From a bacterium (GTDB lineage Bacteria > Oederibacteriota > CAKKQC01): DNA of 64,000 bases. A model generated the notes under the pieces. It worked only from the letters and a program-made list of their open reading frames with translations. It searched no databases and was not told the origin of the DNA. Positions 1 to 9,640 of this stretch are shown here, one piece after another. Position 1 is the first letter of the stretch, and every line of letters begins with the position of its first letter. The translations under genes were made by a program, and so were the position numbers. The stretch lies in the NCBI GenBank assembly GCA_919901855.1, contig CAKKQC010000010.1:43214-107213 (forward strand), in the 5' to 3' direction.

Positions 1-759
1 GTGCTCGGCCACCGGCTCGAGGGGCACCGGCAGAAGGACGACAACGCGGACCAGACGTTCACGAAGAAGCTCGGCAGCCGGATCCTGCCCGAGTTCATCT
101 CGATCGTGAGCGATCCCACCCGCGACACCATGGCGGGCACCACGCTCATGGGCTCGTACCGGTACGACGACGAGGGTGTCGAGGCGCGGCCCGTTTCCCT
201 CGTCGACCGGGGGGTCCTGAAGTCCTGGATGATGTGCCGCTCGCCCGTCCGGGGCTTCCCGGCGTCGAACGGCCACGGCCGCAAGCAGGCGGGGACCGGC
301 GCGGTGGCCCGGCAGGCGAACCTCCTGGTCGAGGCGTCGCGTACGATGCCCGTGGCGCGCCTGCGCGCGGAACTGATCAGGCTCTGCAAGGCGGCGAAGA
401 AGCCCTACGGGCTCTACTTCGAGGACATCGAGGGCGGGTTCACGTTCACGGGCCGCACTACTCCGAACGCGTTCAACGTCATGCCCGTCGTCGTGCGCCG
501 GATCTTCACCAACGGCCGCCCCGATGAGCTCGTGCGGGGCGTGGACCTGATCGGGACGCCGCTAACGACGCTGGCCCGGATCGTGGCGGCCGGGGACGAC
601 ACCGGGGTCTTCAACGGCTACTGCGGCGCGGAGTCCGGTTACGTCCCCGTCTCGGCGACCTGTCCGACCCTCCTGATCGCGGAGATGGAGATCCAGCGCA
701 AGCAGAAGGGGGAGGAGCGGAATCCCCTCCTGCCCCAGCCCGCGTGGTTGCGGCGATGA
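1..759 (+). CDS. TldD/PmbA-family metallopeptidase, C-terminal part (5' end cut by window edge)
   Basis: Translation carries the conserved SNGHG/GxC region typical of TldD/PmbA (peptidase U62); ORF runs from window edge to TGA at 757-759. Confidence 0.7.
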   Translation: MLGHRLEGHRQKDDNADQTFTKKLGSRILPEFISIVSDPTRDTMAGTTLMGSYRYDDEGVEARPVSLVDRGVLKSWMMCRSPVRGFPASNGHGRKQAGTGAVARQANLLVEASRTMPVARLRAELIRLCKAAKKPYGLYFEDIEGGFTFTGRTTPNAFNVMPVVVRRIFTNGRPDELVRGVDLIGTPLTTLARIVAAGDDTGVFNGYCGAESGYVPVSATCPTLLIAEMEIQRKQKGEERNPLLPQPAWLRR

Positions 760-2534
760 GGGCCTTCGCGGGATTCCTGGCGGCCGCCATGCTCCTCGCC
801 GGCGGCGTCCGGGCGGCCGAGGCGCCCGACCCGATCGTGCGCGCGCTGGAGCCCGAGCTGAGCCGGAACCTCGCGAAGCTCCTGCTGCCCGACCAGCCCC
901 GGCCGTACTGGTTCGCGTTCAGCGGGATGGCGATGGAGAATCTCGAGATCGGCGGGCGGCTCGGCGACATCGTCCAGGACGACCTCTCGCGCCTGCACTA
1001 CCTGCAGGCCCGCATCCGGGTGGGGTCGACGATCATGGACAACACGAACTTCATCGGTTACGGCGACGGGGGGAGCGTGCGGATGACCACGGGCGATGAC
1101 ACGCCCGGGCCGGTCGTGCGCGACGCGTGGCTGGCCGCCGACGGCGCCTACAAGAACGCCGTGGGCACGCTGGCGGCGAAGGAGGCCGCGCTGAAGCGGG
1201 AGACCCAGGAGGACCGCGCGCCGGATTTCTCGCCCGCCGAGCCCGCGGAGGTATGGGAGGAGCCCGCGACGCTGTCCGACGCCGACCGCGGCGTCCTGCG
1301 CGACCACGCTAGAGCGCTCTCGGCCGTCTTCCGCGCCTTCCCCGCGATCCAGCGGGGCGACATCCGGATCAACGCCCGCGCCGCCACGTTCCGGTTCGTG
1401 GATACCGAGGGTTTCCGCTTCCGCGCTTCGCAGCGCGCCGTCCGCATCCTGGTCACGGCGAACACGCAGGCGACCGACGGCACGCCCCTCCAGGACGCCG
1501 TCTCGGTGATGGCGCCGACGGCGCCGGCCCTGCCGTCCGCCGCCTCGCTGGCGGGGACAGCGCGCGCGCTCGCGGAGCGGCTGTCGCGCCGGGTGACCGC
1601 CGAGGGGCTCAAGGACCCGTACCTGGGCCCCGTGCTCTTCACGGCGCCCGCGGCGGCGGAGTTCGTTCGGCAGACGCTGGCCGGCGAGCTCGCGGGCACC
1701 CCCGCGCCGGTCGCCGCCGAGGATTACATGAAGGCCTCGGTCAAGGGCGGCCTGCTCGTGAAGTTCCTGGACCTGCGGGTCCTGCCGGAGTGGATGGACG
1801 TCGTGGATGACCCCGGTCGTACGGAGTGGCAGAGTACGCCGCTATGCGGCGGCTACGCCGTGGACCGCGAGGGCGTGCGCGCTCGCCGGGTGGACCTCGT
1901 GCGCGACGGCCGGCTCGTGAGCCTGCTCATGTCGCGCGCGCCGTCGGACAAGTTCAAGGAGAGCAACGGCCACGGCCGGATCGTGGCGGGCAACATGGCG
2001 CGGGCTGCGATCTCGAACCTGATCATGACCGCGCGCAAAGGGCAAAGCGAGAAGGCCTTGGTGGACCGGCTGCTCAAGATGGCCCGCGCGGAGGGGCTGC
2101 CCTACGCGATCATCGTCCGCCACCTGAACGAGCCGGCGACGGGCGAGGGCGGGGGGCCGAGGCGGATCACGATGGGCACGGGCCGCGAGGACCCCTCGGA
2201 GGCGCCGTCGCGGTGGGGCCTCAGCCCGGCGCTCGACATCGTCCGGGTCGACGTCAGGACGGGAGTCGAGACCCCCCTCCGGGGCGCCATCTTCGGCCCC
2301 GTGGGCGTCGCCGAACTGCGGACCATCGTCGCCGCGGGCGAGGAGTCGGCCGTGTACTCGTTCTTCATTCCGTCCGACATGGTCGGCGTGTACCAGTGGC
2401 CGCAGGAGGACACGCCGGCGTCGATCGTGGCGCCGTCCCTGCTCTTCTCCCAGCTCGAGGTCCGGCCGACGGCGAAGAAGCACGTGCCCCTGCCGTTCCT
2501 GCCGAACCCGTTTTTCGCCAGGGGCGCCCCCTGA
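756..2534 (+). CDS. TldD/PmbA-family protein with N-terminal signal peptide
   Basis: ATG at 756 overlaps upstream stop (ATGA); hydrophobic N-terminus MRAFAGFLAAAMLLAGGVRA; second ESNGHGR motif; paralog of upstream gene. Confidence 0.7.
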   Translation: MRAFAGFLAAAMLLAGGVRAAEAPDPIVRALEPELSRNLAKLLLPDQPRPYWFAFSGMAMENLEIGGRLGDIVQDDLSRLHYLQARIRVGSTIMDNTNFIGYGDGGSVRMTTGDDTPGPVVRDAWLAADGAYKNAVGTLAAKEAALKRETQEDRAPDFSPAEPAEVWEEPATLSDADRGVLRDHARALSAVFRAFPAIQRGDIRINARAATFRFVDTEGFRFRASQRAVRILVTANTQATDGTPLQDAVSVMAPTAPALPSAASLAGTARALAERLSRRVTAEGLKDPYLGPVLFTAPAAAEFVRQTLAGELAGTPAPVAAEDYMKASVKGGLLVKFLDLRVLPEWMDVVDDPGRTEWQSTPLCGGYAVDREGVRARRVDLVRDGRLVSLLMSRAPSDKFKESNGHGRIVAGNMARAAISNLIMTARKGQSEKALVDRLLKMARAEGLPYAIIVRHLNEPATGEGGGPRRITMGTGREDPSEAPSRWGLSPALDIVRVDVRTGVETPLRGAIFGPVGVAELRTIVAAGEESAVYSFFIPSDMVGVYQWPQEDTPASIVAPSLLFSQLEVRPTAKKHVPLPFLPNPFFARGAP

Positions 2535-3721
2535 TGCCCGGAGGGCCGGCCGCTCCCAAGGCCGGATTCTTCAACCTGCCGAAGAACGTCGTCCTGCTCG
2601 GCTGGACGAGCCTGCTCACGGACGTCGGCAGCGAGATGATCCTGCCGATCCTCCCGCTCTTCCTCAAGGGGGCGCTGGGCGCCCCCATCGCGGCCATCGC
2701 GTTCATCGAGGGCGTCGCCGAGGCCACGGCCAACGGGTTCAAGCTCGTGAGCGGCGGGCTCTCGGACCGGATCGGCCGGTCGAAACCCTTCGTCTTTTTC
2801 GGCTATGGGCTCTCGACGATCGTGAAGCCCATCCTCGCGATCGCGCCGACCTGGCACTTCGTCCTCGGGGTCAGGTTCGCGGACCGGGTGGGCAAGGGGC
2901 TCCGGACGGCGCCCCGGGACGCGATCGTGGCCGCCTCGACGCCCAAGGAACAATACGGCAAGGCCTACGGCTTTCACCGGTCGATGGACACGACCGGCGC
3001 GCTCCTCGGCGGGGCGATCGCCATGGTCGTCATGTGGTTCGTGACCGACGTCAACTCGACGGCCATCCGGTGGATGTTCGCGTTCTCCGTGGTCCCGTGC
3101 CTCGCGGCCATGTTCTTCATCGTGCCCGTGCAGGAGGAGGCCGCGCCCCAGCCGGGCAAAGGTCTCCGTCTCATGTTCGACTTCCCGGCGCAGGTGTGGC
3201 TGCTCATGGCCGGAATCACGCTCTGGGAGCTGGGGAACCTCTCGTACGCGCTCGTCCTGCTTCGTATCTATGATCCAGTTGTCGGCGTGAGCGCGAAGTG
3301 GGTCCCCGTCGTCTACTTCGGCTACAACCTCGTCTATCTCGTGGTGGCGATGCCCATGGGGATGCTCTCGGACAAGTTCGGGATCAAGGCGGCGCTCCTG
3401 ACCTCCCCGCTCCTGGGCGCCGCCGCGTTCTGGACGCTCGGGGCGCCGGTGCCGTGGGTGGCGGTGACGGGCGGTATCGTCCTGTACGCCCTGCACTCGG
3501 CCGCGATCAACACGATTCCCCGCGCGGCGGTCGCGCACTACGCGACACCCGGCGCCCGCGGCACGCTCTTCGGCCTCGTCGGCGCCTGCGCGTTCCTCGG
3601 CAACACGCTCGCGGGCCAGATCTGGCAGAGGGTGGACTCCTCGACCGCCATGCGCGTGGCCGGCGCGCTCTCCCTTCTTTCTCTGATCCCCTTCGCCCTC
3701 CTCAAGCCTAAGCAGAGCTGA
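2534..3721 (+). CDS. MFS transporter
   Basis: ATG overlaps upstream stop (TGATG); multiple hydrophobic helices; MFS-like N-terminus (LLGWTSLLTDVGSEMILPILPLF). Confidence 0.75.
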   Translation: MPGGPAAPKAGFFNLPKNVVLLGWTSLLTDVGSEMILPILPLFLKGALGAPIAAIAFIEGVAEATANGFKLVSGGLSDRIGRSKPFVFFGYGLSTIVKPILAIAPTWHFVLGVRFADRVGKGLRTAPRDAIVAASTPKEQYGKAYGFHRSMDTTGALLGGAIAMVVMWFVTDVNSTAIRWMFAFSVVPCLAAMFFIVPVQEEAAPQPGKGLRLMFDFPAQVWLLMAGITLWELGNLSYALVLLRIYDPVVGVSAKWVPVVYFGYNLVYLVVAMPMGMLSDKFGIKAALLTSPLLGAAAFWTLGAPVPWVAVTGGIVLYALHSAAINTIPRAAVAHYATPGARGTLFGLVGACAFLGNTLAGQIWQRVDSSTAMRVAGALSLLSLIPFALLKPKQS

Positions 3722-3793
3722 CGGAAGTCCCGGGGGCCTGACCCCGGCGGCACAGGGTTGATCGTGACAATACGGCCGAGTAAGGTGGGACCG

Positions 3794-5221
3794 ATGGCTT
3801 GTGATGTCTCCGGCGGGGACCGTTTGCCCGCCAGGACGGTTCAAGGGATCTCCTGCCTCCTGCTGGCGGTCATCGTGTCCGGTGCCGCCTTCGGGAGCTG
3901 TCTCGAATGGGAGGCACGTTACGACCCGCCCCCGCCGGGCAACTATGCGGAAGCTCGGAGCGTGGCCGTCGATTCGTCGGGAAATACCGTCACAGTCGGG
4001 TTCGAGACCCGGAACGACTTGGGGCAGGGAAACGACTGGATCCTTCGGAAGTACGACAAGGCGGGGTCTTTGCTGTGGAGCCGGTCATATGCCAGTCCGG
4101 TACACGACGACGCCAATGGGGTGGCTATCGCGCCCGATGGAACCGTGGTCGTGGCGGGGACGGCGGGCGGGTGGTGGATGGTCCGGGCCTACGGGGCTGA
4201 CGGGGCGGACCTCTGGTCGAACACGATGACTGGCGTGTGGCACGCCAATGCTGCGGCCGTGGGTCCCGACGGCAACGTGGTTGTGGTTGGGGGATTCCCC
4301 TTCTGGGTCGTCCGGAAGTACTCACCTGCCGGGGCCATTCTGTGGACCCGGACGTTCACGGACGCCGCCAACCCGTATGACGACGCCTATGGGGTCGCGG
4401 TGGGGCCAGCGGGCGACATTGTGGCGGTCGGGCAATCCTCTCAGGGCTGGTGCATCCGGCTCTACGATGCCGGTGGCAACGACACCGGCGGGTTCGGGGA
4501 GTTTCATGACGGAACCCCCCAGGACGTCGCGACGTCGGTGGCGATGGACGCGGCCGGGAATCTCGTGGTGGGCGGGCGCATCGGGATCGGGATGGGTGTC
4601 CTGCCTATCCAGTTGAAGATGTATGACCATGGTGGCGGTGTGCGATGGTTCCGGAAACTGTGGGCGCCATACACCGCGACGGCTGTCGTGGTCGCCGGCG
4701 ATGCGCGTATCTACGTGGGCTCGGGTGACGGGGTCGTCGGGGTCAAGTCGGCGACCGGTGATCAGGTGTGGCGGGACCGCTTCGACGATCAAGGGATCTA
4801 CATGGATGTCTCAGGGCTCGCGATCGGTCCGAATGGGAGGATGATCGCCGTGGGGGGAGGGGGTTGGGGGACCTTTCGGACTCGCAGCTACTACGATCTC
4901 TCAACGTGTCCCGGGGCGATTCTCTCACCATACGGATCCGGCGACGTGGTGGTGGCCTATCCTAATCCCGTGACGGGAGACACCACGCGGCTCGCGGTCG
5001 CACTTCAGGCCGACGGGGACGAGGTCACGGTCGACCTGTTCAATGCGGCCATGCGGTGCGTCTACACGGGCTCCTGGAGGAACGTGCGGCAGGGGGAGGG
5101 CGGGGTGACGATGACGGGGTTGAGCCGGTTGGCGCCCGGGCTCTACTACGTCAAGGTTCGCGAACGAGGCAGTCGTGGATCGCATGGCTATCCCCTGGCG
5201 CGGCTCGTGATCAAGCGATGA
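3794..5221 (+). CDS. Secreted beta-propeller repeat protein with T9SS-type C-terminal sorting domain
   Basis: RBS AAGGTGG before ATG 3794; ~8 repeats of a DGxVVVxG...W motif; C-terminus YPNPV...VDLFN...GLYYVKV...RLVIKR matches Por-secretion-tail/FlgD-Ig-like pattern. Confidence 0.6.
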   Translation: MACDVSGGDRLPARTVQGISCLLLAVIVSGAAFGSCLEWEARYDPPPPGNYAEARSVAVDSSGNTVTVGFETRNDLGQGNDWILRKYDKAGSLLWSRSYASPVHDDANGVAIAPDGTVVVAGTAGGWWMVRAYGADGADLWSNTMTGVWHANAAAVGPDGNVVVVGGFPFWVVRKYSPAGAILWTRTFTDAANPYDDAYGVAVGPAGDIVAVGQSSQGWCIRLYDAGGNDTGGFGEFHDGTPQDVATSVAMDAAGNLVVGGRIGIGMGVLPIQLKMYDHGGGVRWFRKLWAPYTATAVVVAGDARIYVGSGDGVVGVKSATGDQVWRDRFDDQGIYMDVSGLAIGPNGRMIAVGGGGWGTFRTRSYYDLSTCPGAILSPYGSGDVVVAYPNPVTGDTTRLAVALQADGDEVTVDLFNAAMRCVYTGSWRNVRQGEGGVTMTGLSRLAPGLYYVKVRERGSRGSHGYPLARLVIKR

Positions 5222-6135
5222 TCACCGTGGCGCTTCTGATCGGGGGAATGCTGGCCGGGGGAGCTAACGGCCGGGCGGCGACGCCGGGCGAGGTCACGGT
5301 CTTCGAAGCGGCGGCCGTGCGGGGCAACGCCCTGCTCGCGCCGATGGACGCCCGCCGTACCGGCCTCGGCGAGGCGTTCGTGGCGGCCGGCGATGACGGA
5401 TCGGCGGCGGGCAATCCGGCCGGCCTGGGTCAGGTGACGCGGCCCGGTGTCTTCGGGAGCTACCACAGGGCGGGAAGCGCCTACAACGCCACTCACGCCG
5501 GCGTGGCGGTGCCGCTCGGTCCGGGGACCCTCGCGGCGGGTTTCTCGTACTTCGATCTCGGCCGGCCGGACTTGCGGGACGCCGATGGGTGGGGTCTCTC
5601 GCCCCAGTCGTTCTACGACTACGCGCTCTTCCTTGGCTGGGGCATGGCCAATCCGGGCTGGACCGGGATTCCCGGCTGGATGGGCGTCTCCGTGGAGGCC
5701 GTGCAGGAAGGTGTGGGAGGAGCAGCGGAGGCGGTCACTTTCGGGGAAGTGGTGCCGCTGGGCGACAAGCTCAAGGCGGGCGTGATGGTGGAACATCTTG
5801 GCGTCAAGCTGGATGGATACGCGCTGCCTTCCGCCGGAAGGATCGGGGCCGTATACCAAGTGGCTCCCACGCTCGATGGGGCCGTGGACGTGCGCTACGG
5901 GTTCACGGATCGTCAGACCGATTTGGCAGTGGGGTTCGAGGCCTTCCGTGACCGGGCGCTTCAGCTTCGCGCCGGCTACCGTGTGCAGTCGCCCTCCCTC
6001 GGTGCGGGCTCCATGGCGGGACTCTCATTCGGAGTGGGCGCGCGCTGGAAGGGGTTTCATCTCGACTACGCGTTCCAGTCCTACGGTGACATCGGGAGCG
6101 GCCAGTTCGTGACCCTCGGTTGGGGAGGCCGGTAG
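5218..6135 (+). CDS. Putative secreted/outer-membrane protein, possibly T9SS-associated
   Basis: ATG overlaps upstream stop (ATGA); N-terminal signal-like MITVALLIGGMLAGGANG; G/Y/F-rich beta-strand-like composition; function unknown. Confidence 0.4.
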   Translation: MITVALLIGGMLAGGANGRAATPGEVTVFEAAAVRGNALLAPMDARRTGLGEAFVAAGDDGSAAGNPAGLGQVTRPGVFGSYHRAGSAYNATHAGVAVPLGPGTLAAGFSYFDLGRPDLRDADGWGLSPQSFYDYALFLGWGMANPGWTGIPGWMGVSVEAVQEGVGGAAEAVTFGEVVPLGDKLKAGVMVEHLGVKLDGYALPSAGRIGAVYQVAPTLDGAVDVRYGFTDRQTDLAVGFEAFRDRALQLRAGYRVQSPSLGAGSMAGLSFGVGARWKGFHLDYAFQSYGDIGSGQFVTLGWGGR

Positions 6136-6177
6136 CGGCTCCATTCCCTGTGGCATGATGGGCTTGGAGACAGAAAC

Positions 6178-6390
6178 ATGACCGTCGCACAGATCGAACG
6201 CATGATCAGCCGCCTGCCGAAGGCCACCCAGGCCGACCTGGTGCGCCGACTCGAGGCGAAGACCTGGTGCATCCGGTTCACGGCCGTGGTCGGGAAGCTC
6301 CGTCGGCAGGCCGGCCGGGTCCGGGACGCCGAGATCACCCGGGTCGTTGAGGAAGTCAGGCAGGCCCGGTATGCATCGGGCGGACATTGA
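6178..6390 (+). CDS. Hypothetical small protein (70 aa)
   Basis: ORF with GGAGA-type RBS about 7 nt upstream of ATG; no recognisable motif. Confidence 0.3.
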   Translation: MTVAQIERMISRLPKATQADLVRRLEAKTWCIRFTAVVGKLRRQAGRVRDAEITRVVEEVRQARYASGGH

Positions 6391-6421
6391 CGCGGCTTCC
6401 CGCCTCTGGGAGGATATAGCC

Positions 6422-6709
6422 ATGAACACGGCTATGTCATTCATCAATACCGTGACCCTGAAGAACGAGGCCAACAAGGTGATCCGCCGGGTCACCCGGT
6501 CGCGGGCGCCGGTTATCGTGACGCAACGCGGCAAGCCTGCCGTCGCCATCATCCCGGTTGATGATGGCGCGCTCGAGCTCTCGTATGCTCACCGCTACCA
6601 GGCGGCGATCCAGGAGGGACTGGCCGACTACCGGGCCGGTCGTCACGTGCCTCTGGGCGCGTTCGTCAAGAAGCACTTCCCCCGGCACGTCGAGCGCCTG
6701 TCGCGGTAG
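6422..6709 (+). CDS. Type II antitoxin, Phd/YefM family
   Basis: RBS GGGAGG 7 nt upstream; N-terminus MSFINTVTLKNEANKVIRRV...PVIVTQRGKPAVAIIPVDD is Phd/YefM-like; followed 16 nt later by toxin gene. Confidence 0.65.
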   Translation: MNTAMSFINTVTLKNEANKVIRRVTRSRAPVIVTQRGKPAVAIIPVDDGALELSYAHRYQAAIQEGLADYRAGRHVPLGAFVKKHFPRHVERLSR

Positions 6710-6725
6710 CGCTCCAGAGTCGGCG

Positions 6726-7046
6726 ATGCCGGCCGAATCACAGGGTGCCACCGGACCCGTTGGCCTCCCGGCTAATGCCCGGCTCTTGGCGCGTGCCGAA
6801 CGCGATCTGCTCGACCTGCTCCGCCGTAATCCCCGGGAAGCGCTGCGAGTCATCGAGGACATCATCCGGCTGGCGCGCCGTGACCTCCCCTTGGGTCAGG
6901 TGAAGAAACTGCCGGGCATGGGGGTGAACCGGGAGCTTTCCAGCGGCCGCTTTCGCGTCGTGCACTTCTGGAACAATGGGCGGCTCTTCATCGTGACCGT
7001 CTTCCCCAAGAAGGATCAGCGCAAAGTCTTCCGGCATCTGCCATAA
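6726..7046 (+). CDS. Type II toxin, RelE/ParE family
   Basis: C-terminal RVVHFWNNGRLFIVTVFPKKDQ is RelE/ParE-like; size ~106 aa; directly downstream of antitoxin. Confidence 0.65.
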   Translation: MPAESQGATGPVGLPANARLLARAERDLLDLLRRNPREALRVIEDIIRLARRDLPLGQVKKLPGMGVNRELSSGRFRVVHFWNNGRLFIVTVFPKKDQRKVFRHLP

Positions 7047-7124
7047 CCGCCGCCGGGGAGTTGCGGGTCCTCAGTAATTGGGGGACGTGCTGAGCAAGTT
7101 ACGCGCGAGAAGTGGCCACGGTCT

Positions 7125-8402
7125 CTACGCGCCTTCGGCCAGCTTGCGGTAGTGCTCCGGGGGCTGGAAGATGCCGCCGGTCATCTCGTGGTAGATCGCG
7201 TCGAGATCGAACCCGCCGCGGCGGACCTCGGTCCACGAGGCGCCGGCCTTGGGATGGTACGACTGCATCGTCGTCCAGTTCGCGTAGTACTGGGAGCCGT
7301 TGGTCTCGAACGCGGGGGCGTCGAGGCCGGGGAGCGCGGGCAGGCGGGCCGCCACGGCCTTGTTCCAGTCCACGAGGATCGGGGAGACCGTTAGATCGGC
7401 GACGAAGCAGGGGATCCTGGCAGCCGTGGCTGCGGCCAGCATCCGGAGTGTGATCGAGAGCGTCTTGGCCGCGGGCTTGAGCGCGATCGCGCCGTAGCCG
7501 AGCGCGATGCGCCGCCGGACCTCGACGTCCGAGTGCGCGCTCTCGTCGGCGGCGACGCGGACCCCGAGGTCGCCGACGTTGACTTCCAGCTCCTCCGGGT
7601 ACGGCTCCTCGAGCAGCACGATCCGGTCGAAGGCGCCGATGGCTCGGGTATGGTCGAGCAGTCGGTTGAGCCGGTCGGGGGAGTCGTACCGGCCGTTGGC
7701 ATCTAGATAATAGAGGACGTCGCCGCCGGCCGCGTTGTGGATTTCCTCCACCCGCCGCATGTCCCAGCGGACCATCTTCTCGGGGTCGCCGTCGCCCTCC
7801 GGGTCCGACCCGATCTTGATCTTGAGCAGGCGGTGGCCGTCTTCCACGAGCCCCCGGATCCGGTCCGTCGGAATCGCGTACCCGACGAGCGGGATGATCG
7901 TCAGCCGCGTCGCCAGCGGGCTCAGCAGGTCCCGTTCCCCGGCCGTGAGGAGATTGTTCAGCCGCGAGGTCGCGTGCGACCGGGCGTGCAACTGCCACGC
8001 GGCGTTGTCGAGCGCGACGAGGGCGTTGAGCACGAACGTCAGCCGCACGTCGAGGCCGGTGACGGCTTTCGCCTTCGCGATCGCGCCGGGCAGGACCGAG
8101 TCCAGGAGCTGACCCGGCCGGCTGAACGGAATCCCGGCGGCGCGGCGGGCGGCATCCTCGAGCACGGCGAACATGAACTCGTTGCCCCGGTCGCTTCCGT
8201 GGCGCATGAAGACCTCGCGGTCGGACCAGAGGACCCCCTGGGTGCAGAGCCCGACGCCGAGGCGGCCCTCGGTGTCCCGGAGCGCGACCACGGTCTGCCA
8301 CAGGTCGGTCTGGGCCCCGCCCTTGAACCCGAGCGGCGTCGAGAGGGGCTCGCGCTCGCAGGCGCACCGGGCGGAGGCGACAACGACGGGGGGATGGTCC
8401 AT
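7125..8402 (-). CDS. Enolase-superfamily enzyme (mandelate racemase/muconate lactonizing enzyme family)
   Basis: MR/MLE motifs in order: KIKIG (KxK), LDANGRY (DxN), LEEP, ADES; start taken at MDHPP (ATG 8402-8400 on minus strand). Confidence 0.75.
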   Translation of the reverse strand: MDHPPVVVASARCACEREPLSTPLGFKGGAQTDLWQTVVALRDTEGRLGVGLCTQGVLWSDREVFMRHGSDRGNEFMFAVLEDAARRAAGIPFSRPGQLLDSVLPGAIAKAKAVTGLDVRLTFVLNALVALDNAAWQLHARSHATSRLNNLLTAGERDLLSPLATRLTIIPLVGYAIPTDRIRGLVEDGHRLLKIKIGSDPEGDGDPEKMVRWDMRRVEEIHNAAGGDVLYYLDANGRYDSPDRLNRLLDHTRAIGAFDRIVLLEEPYPEELEVNVGDLGVRVAADESAHSDVEVRRRIALGYGAIALKPAAKTLSITLRMLAAATAARIPCFVADLTVSPILVDWNKAVAARLPALPGLDAPAFETNGSQYYANWTTMQSYHPKAGASWTEVRRGGFDLDAIYHEMTGGIFQPPEHYRKLAEGA

Positions 8403-8464
8403 AGTGCCGTTATCGTAGCGCGTTGTCCGGCCGGTCTTTCGCCGGGGGCGGCGGGGGTGCGATA

Positions 8465-9640
8465 ATGCAGACCTCCATGAAACGCACACTGGAGGCCCTC
8501 GGCTCCCTCAAGCTCGCCGTCGTCGGCATGGTCCTGCTCATGCTGCTAGTCGGGGCATGCACGCTGGCGCAGGTCCGGCTCGGCATCTACGGCGCCGTCG
8601 CGGTCTATATCCGCACGTTCCTCGTCTGGGTCCGGGTCCCCGGCACCGCGCTATCGGTGCCCGTATTCCCCGGCGGGGGATTCGTCGGGTTGCTCCTCAT
8701 CGTCAACATGACCGCCTCGCTCGTGACCCGCTGGTCGGCGGGCCGGCTGAAGCCGGGCCTCGCCCTCACCCATATCGGCGTCATCCTCCTGCTCGCGGGC
8801 GAGTTCCAGACGGCCTTCCGCGCCCACGAGTCATCGCTGTCCATCGAGGTCGGGCAGACGCTCGACTACACCGAGGCGACCCGGCGCACGGAACTCGCGA
8901 TCGAGGAGGGGAAGGCCCCGGCGGCCCACGGAACGAAGGCGGAGGCGACGCCAGCGGGGAAGCCGCTCGCGACGATCTCCGAGCGCGACCTGGCCCGCGG
9001 CGGCGAGCTGGCCCTGCCGGGCCTTCCGGTGTCGCTCAAGGTCCTGCGGTTCCTCCGCAACGGGCACCTCGTGATGCAGAAGGAGGCCGCGGCCGGCGCG
9101 ATCGTGGTGACGGCCGGGTCCGGCCGGAAGCTCACGGTCGTCGAGCTGCCCGCCGCGACGTCGGACGACGAGCCGGAAACCCCCGTCGCGTACGTCGAGG
9201 CGGTCGCGGGGGGCAAGAGCCTGGGCGTCTGGCTCGTGTCGCCCGTGCTCGGACCCCAGGTCCTCGAGGCGGGGGGGCGCAAGCTGGCCCTCTCCATGCA
9301 CCCGGAGCGGGTCTGGATGCCGTTCACGCTCACGCTCAAGCACTTCAGCCACGACGTCTATCCGGGCACCGATATTCCGCGCAACTTCTCGAGCCTCGTC
9401 CGGCTCGTGGACGCGGAACGGCACGAGGATCGTGACGTCCTGATCTGGATGAACCACCCCTTAAGGTACCGCGGCCTGACCTTCTACCAGGCGAGCTACG
9501 GGAAGGGCGACACGCTCTCGGTCCTGCAGGTGGTCCGCAACCCCGGCTGGATCCTGCCGTATCTTTCGTGCCTGATCGTGACCGTCGGCATGGCGTGGCA
9601 TTTCCTCCTCAGGCTGGCGGCGGCCCGGAGGGACCCGTGA
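8465..9640 (+). CDS. resB: Cytochrome c biogenesis protein ResB/Ccs1 (system II)
   Basis: N-terminal TM helix, large soluble domain, C-terminal TM helices; stop overlaps the ccsA start (GTGA). Confidence 0.7.
   Translation: MQTSMKRTLEALGSLKLAVVGMVLLMLLVGACTLAQVRLGIYGAVAVYIRTFLVWVRVPGTALSVPVFPGGGFVGLLLIVNMTASLVTRWSAGRLKPGLALTHIGVILLLAGEFQTAFRAHESSLSIEVGQTLDYTEATRRTELAIEEGKAPAAHGTKAEATPAGKPLATISERDLARGGELALPGLPVSLKVLRFLRNGHLVMQKEAAAGAIVVTAGSGRKLTVVELPAATSDDEPETPVAYVEAVAGGKSLGVWLVSPVLGPQVLEAGGRKLALSMHPERVWMPFTLTLKHFSHDVYPGTDIPRNFSSLVRLVDAERHEDRDVLIWMNHPLRYRGLTFYQASYGKGDTLSVLQVVRNPGWILPYLSCLIVTVGMAWHFLLRLAAARRDP

Noticed and set aside
2102-3844. 580-aa minus-strand ORF antisense to the second TldD/PmbA gene and the MFS transporter
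   Set aside because: Antisense high-GC artefact; no motifs, Arg/Glu/Asp/Gly-rich composition.
7099-8367. Alternative 422-aa frame over the enolase-superfamily gene
   Set aside because: Only the 7125..8402 frame contains the ordered KxK, DxN, EEP and DES motifs of the MR/MLE family.
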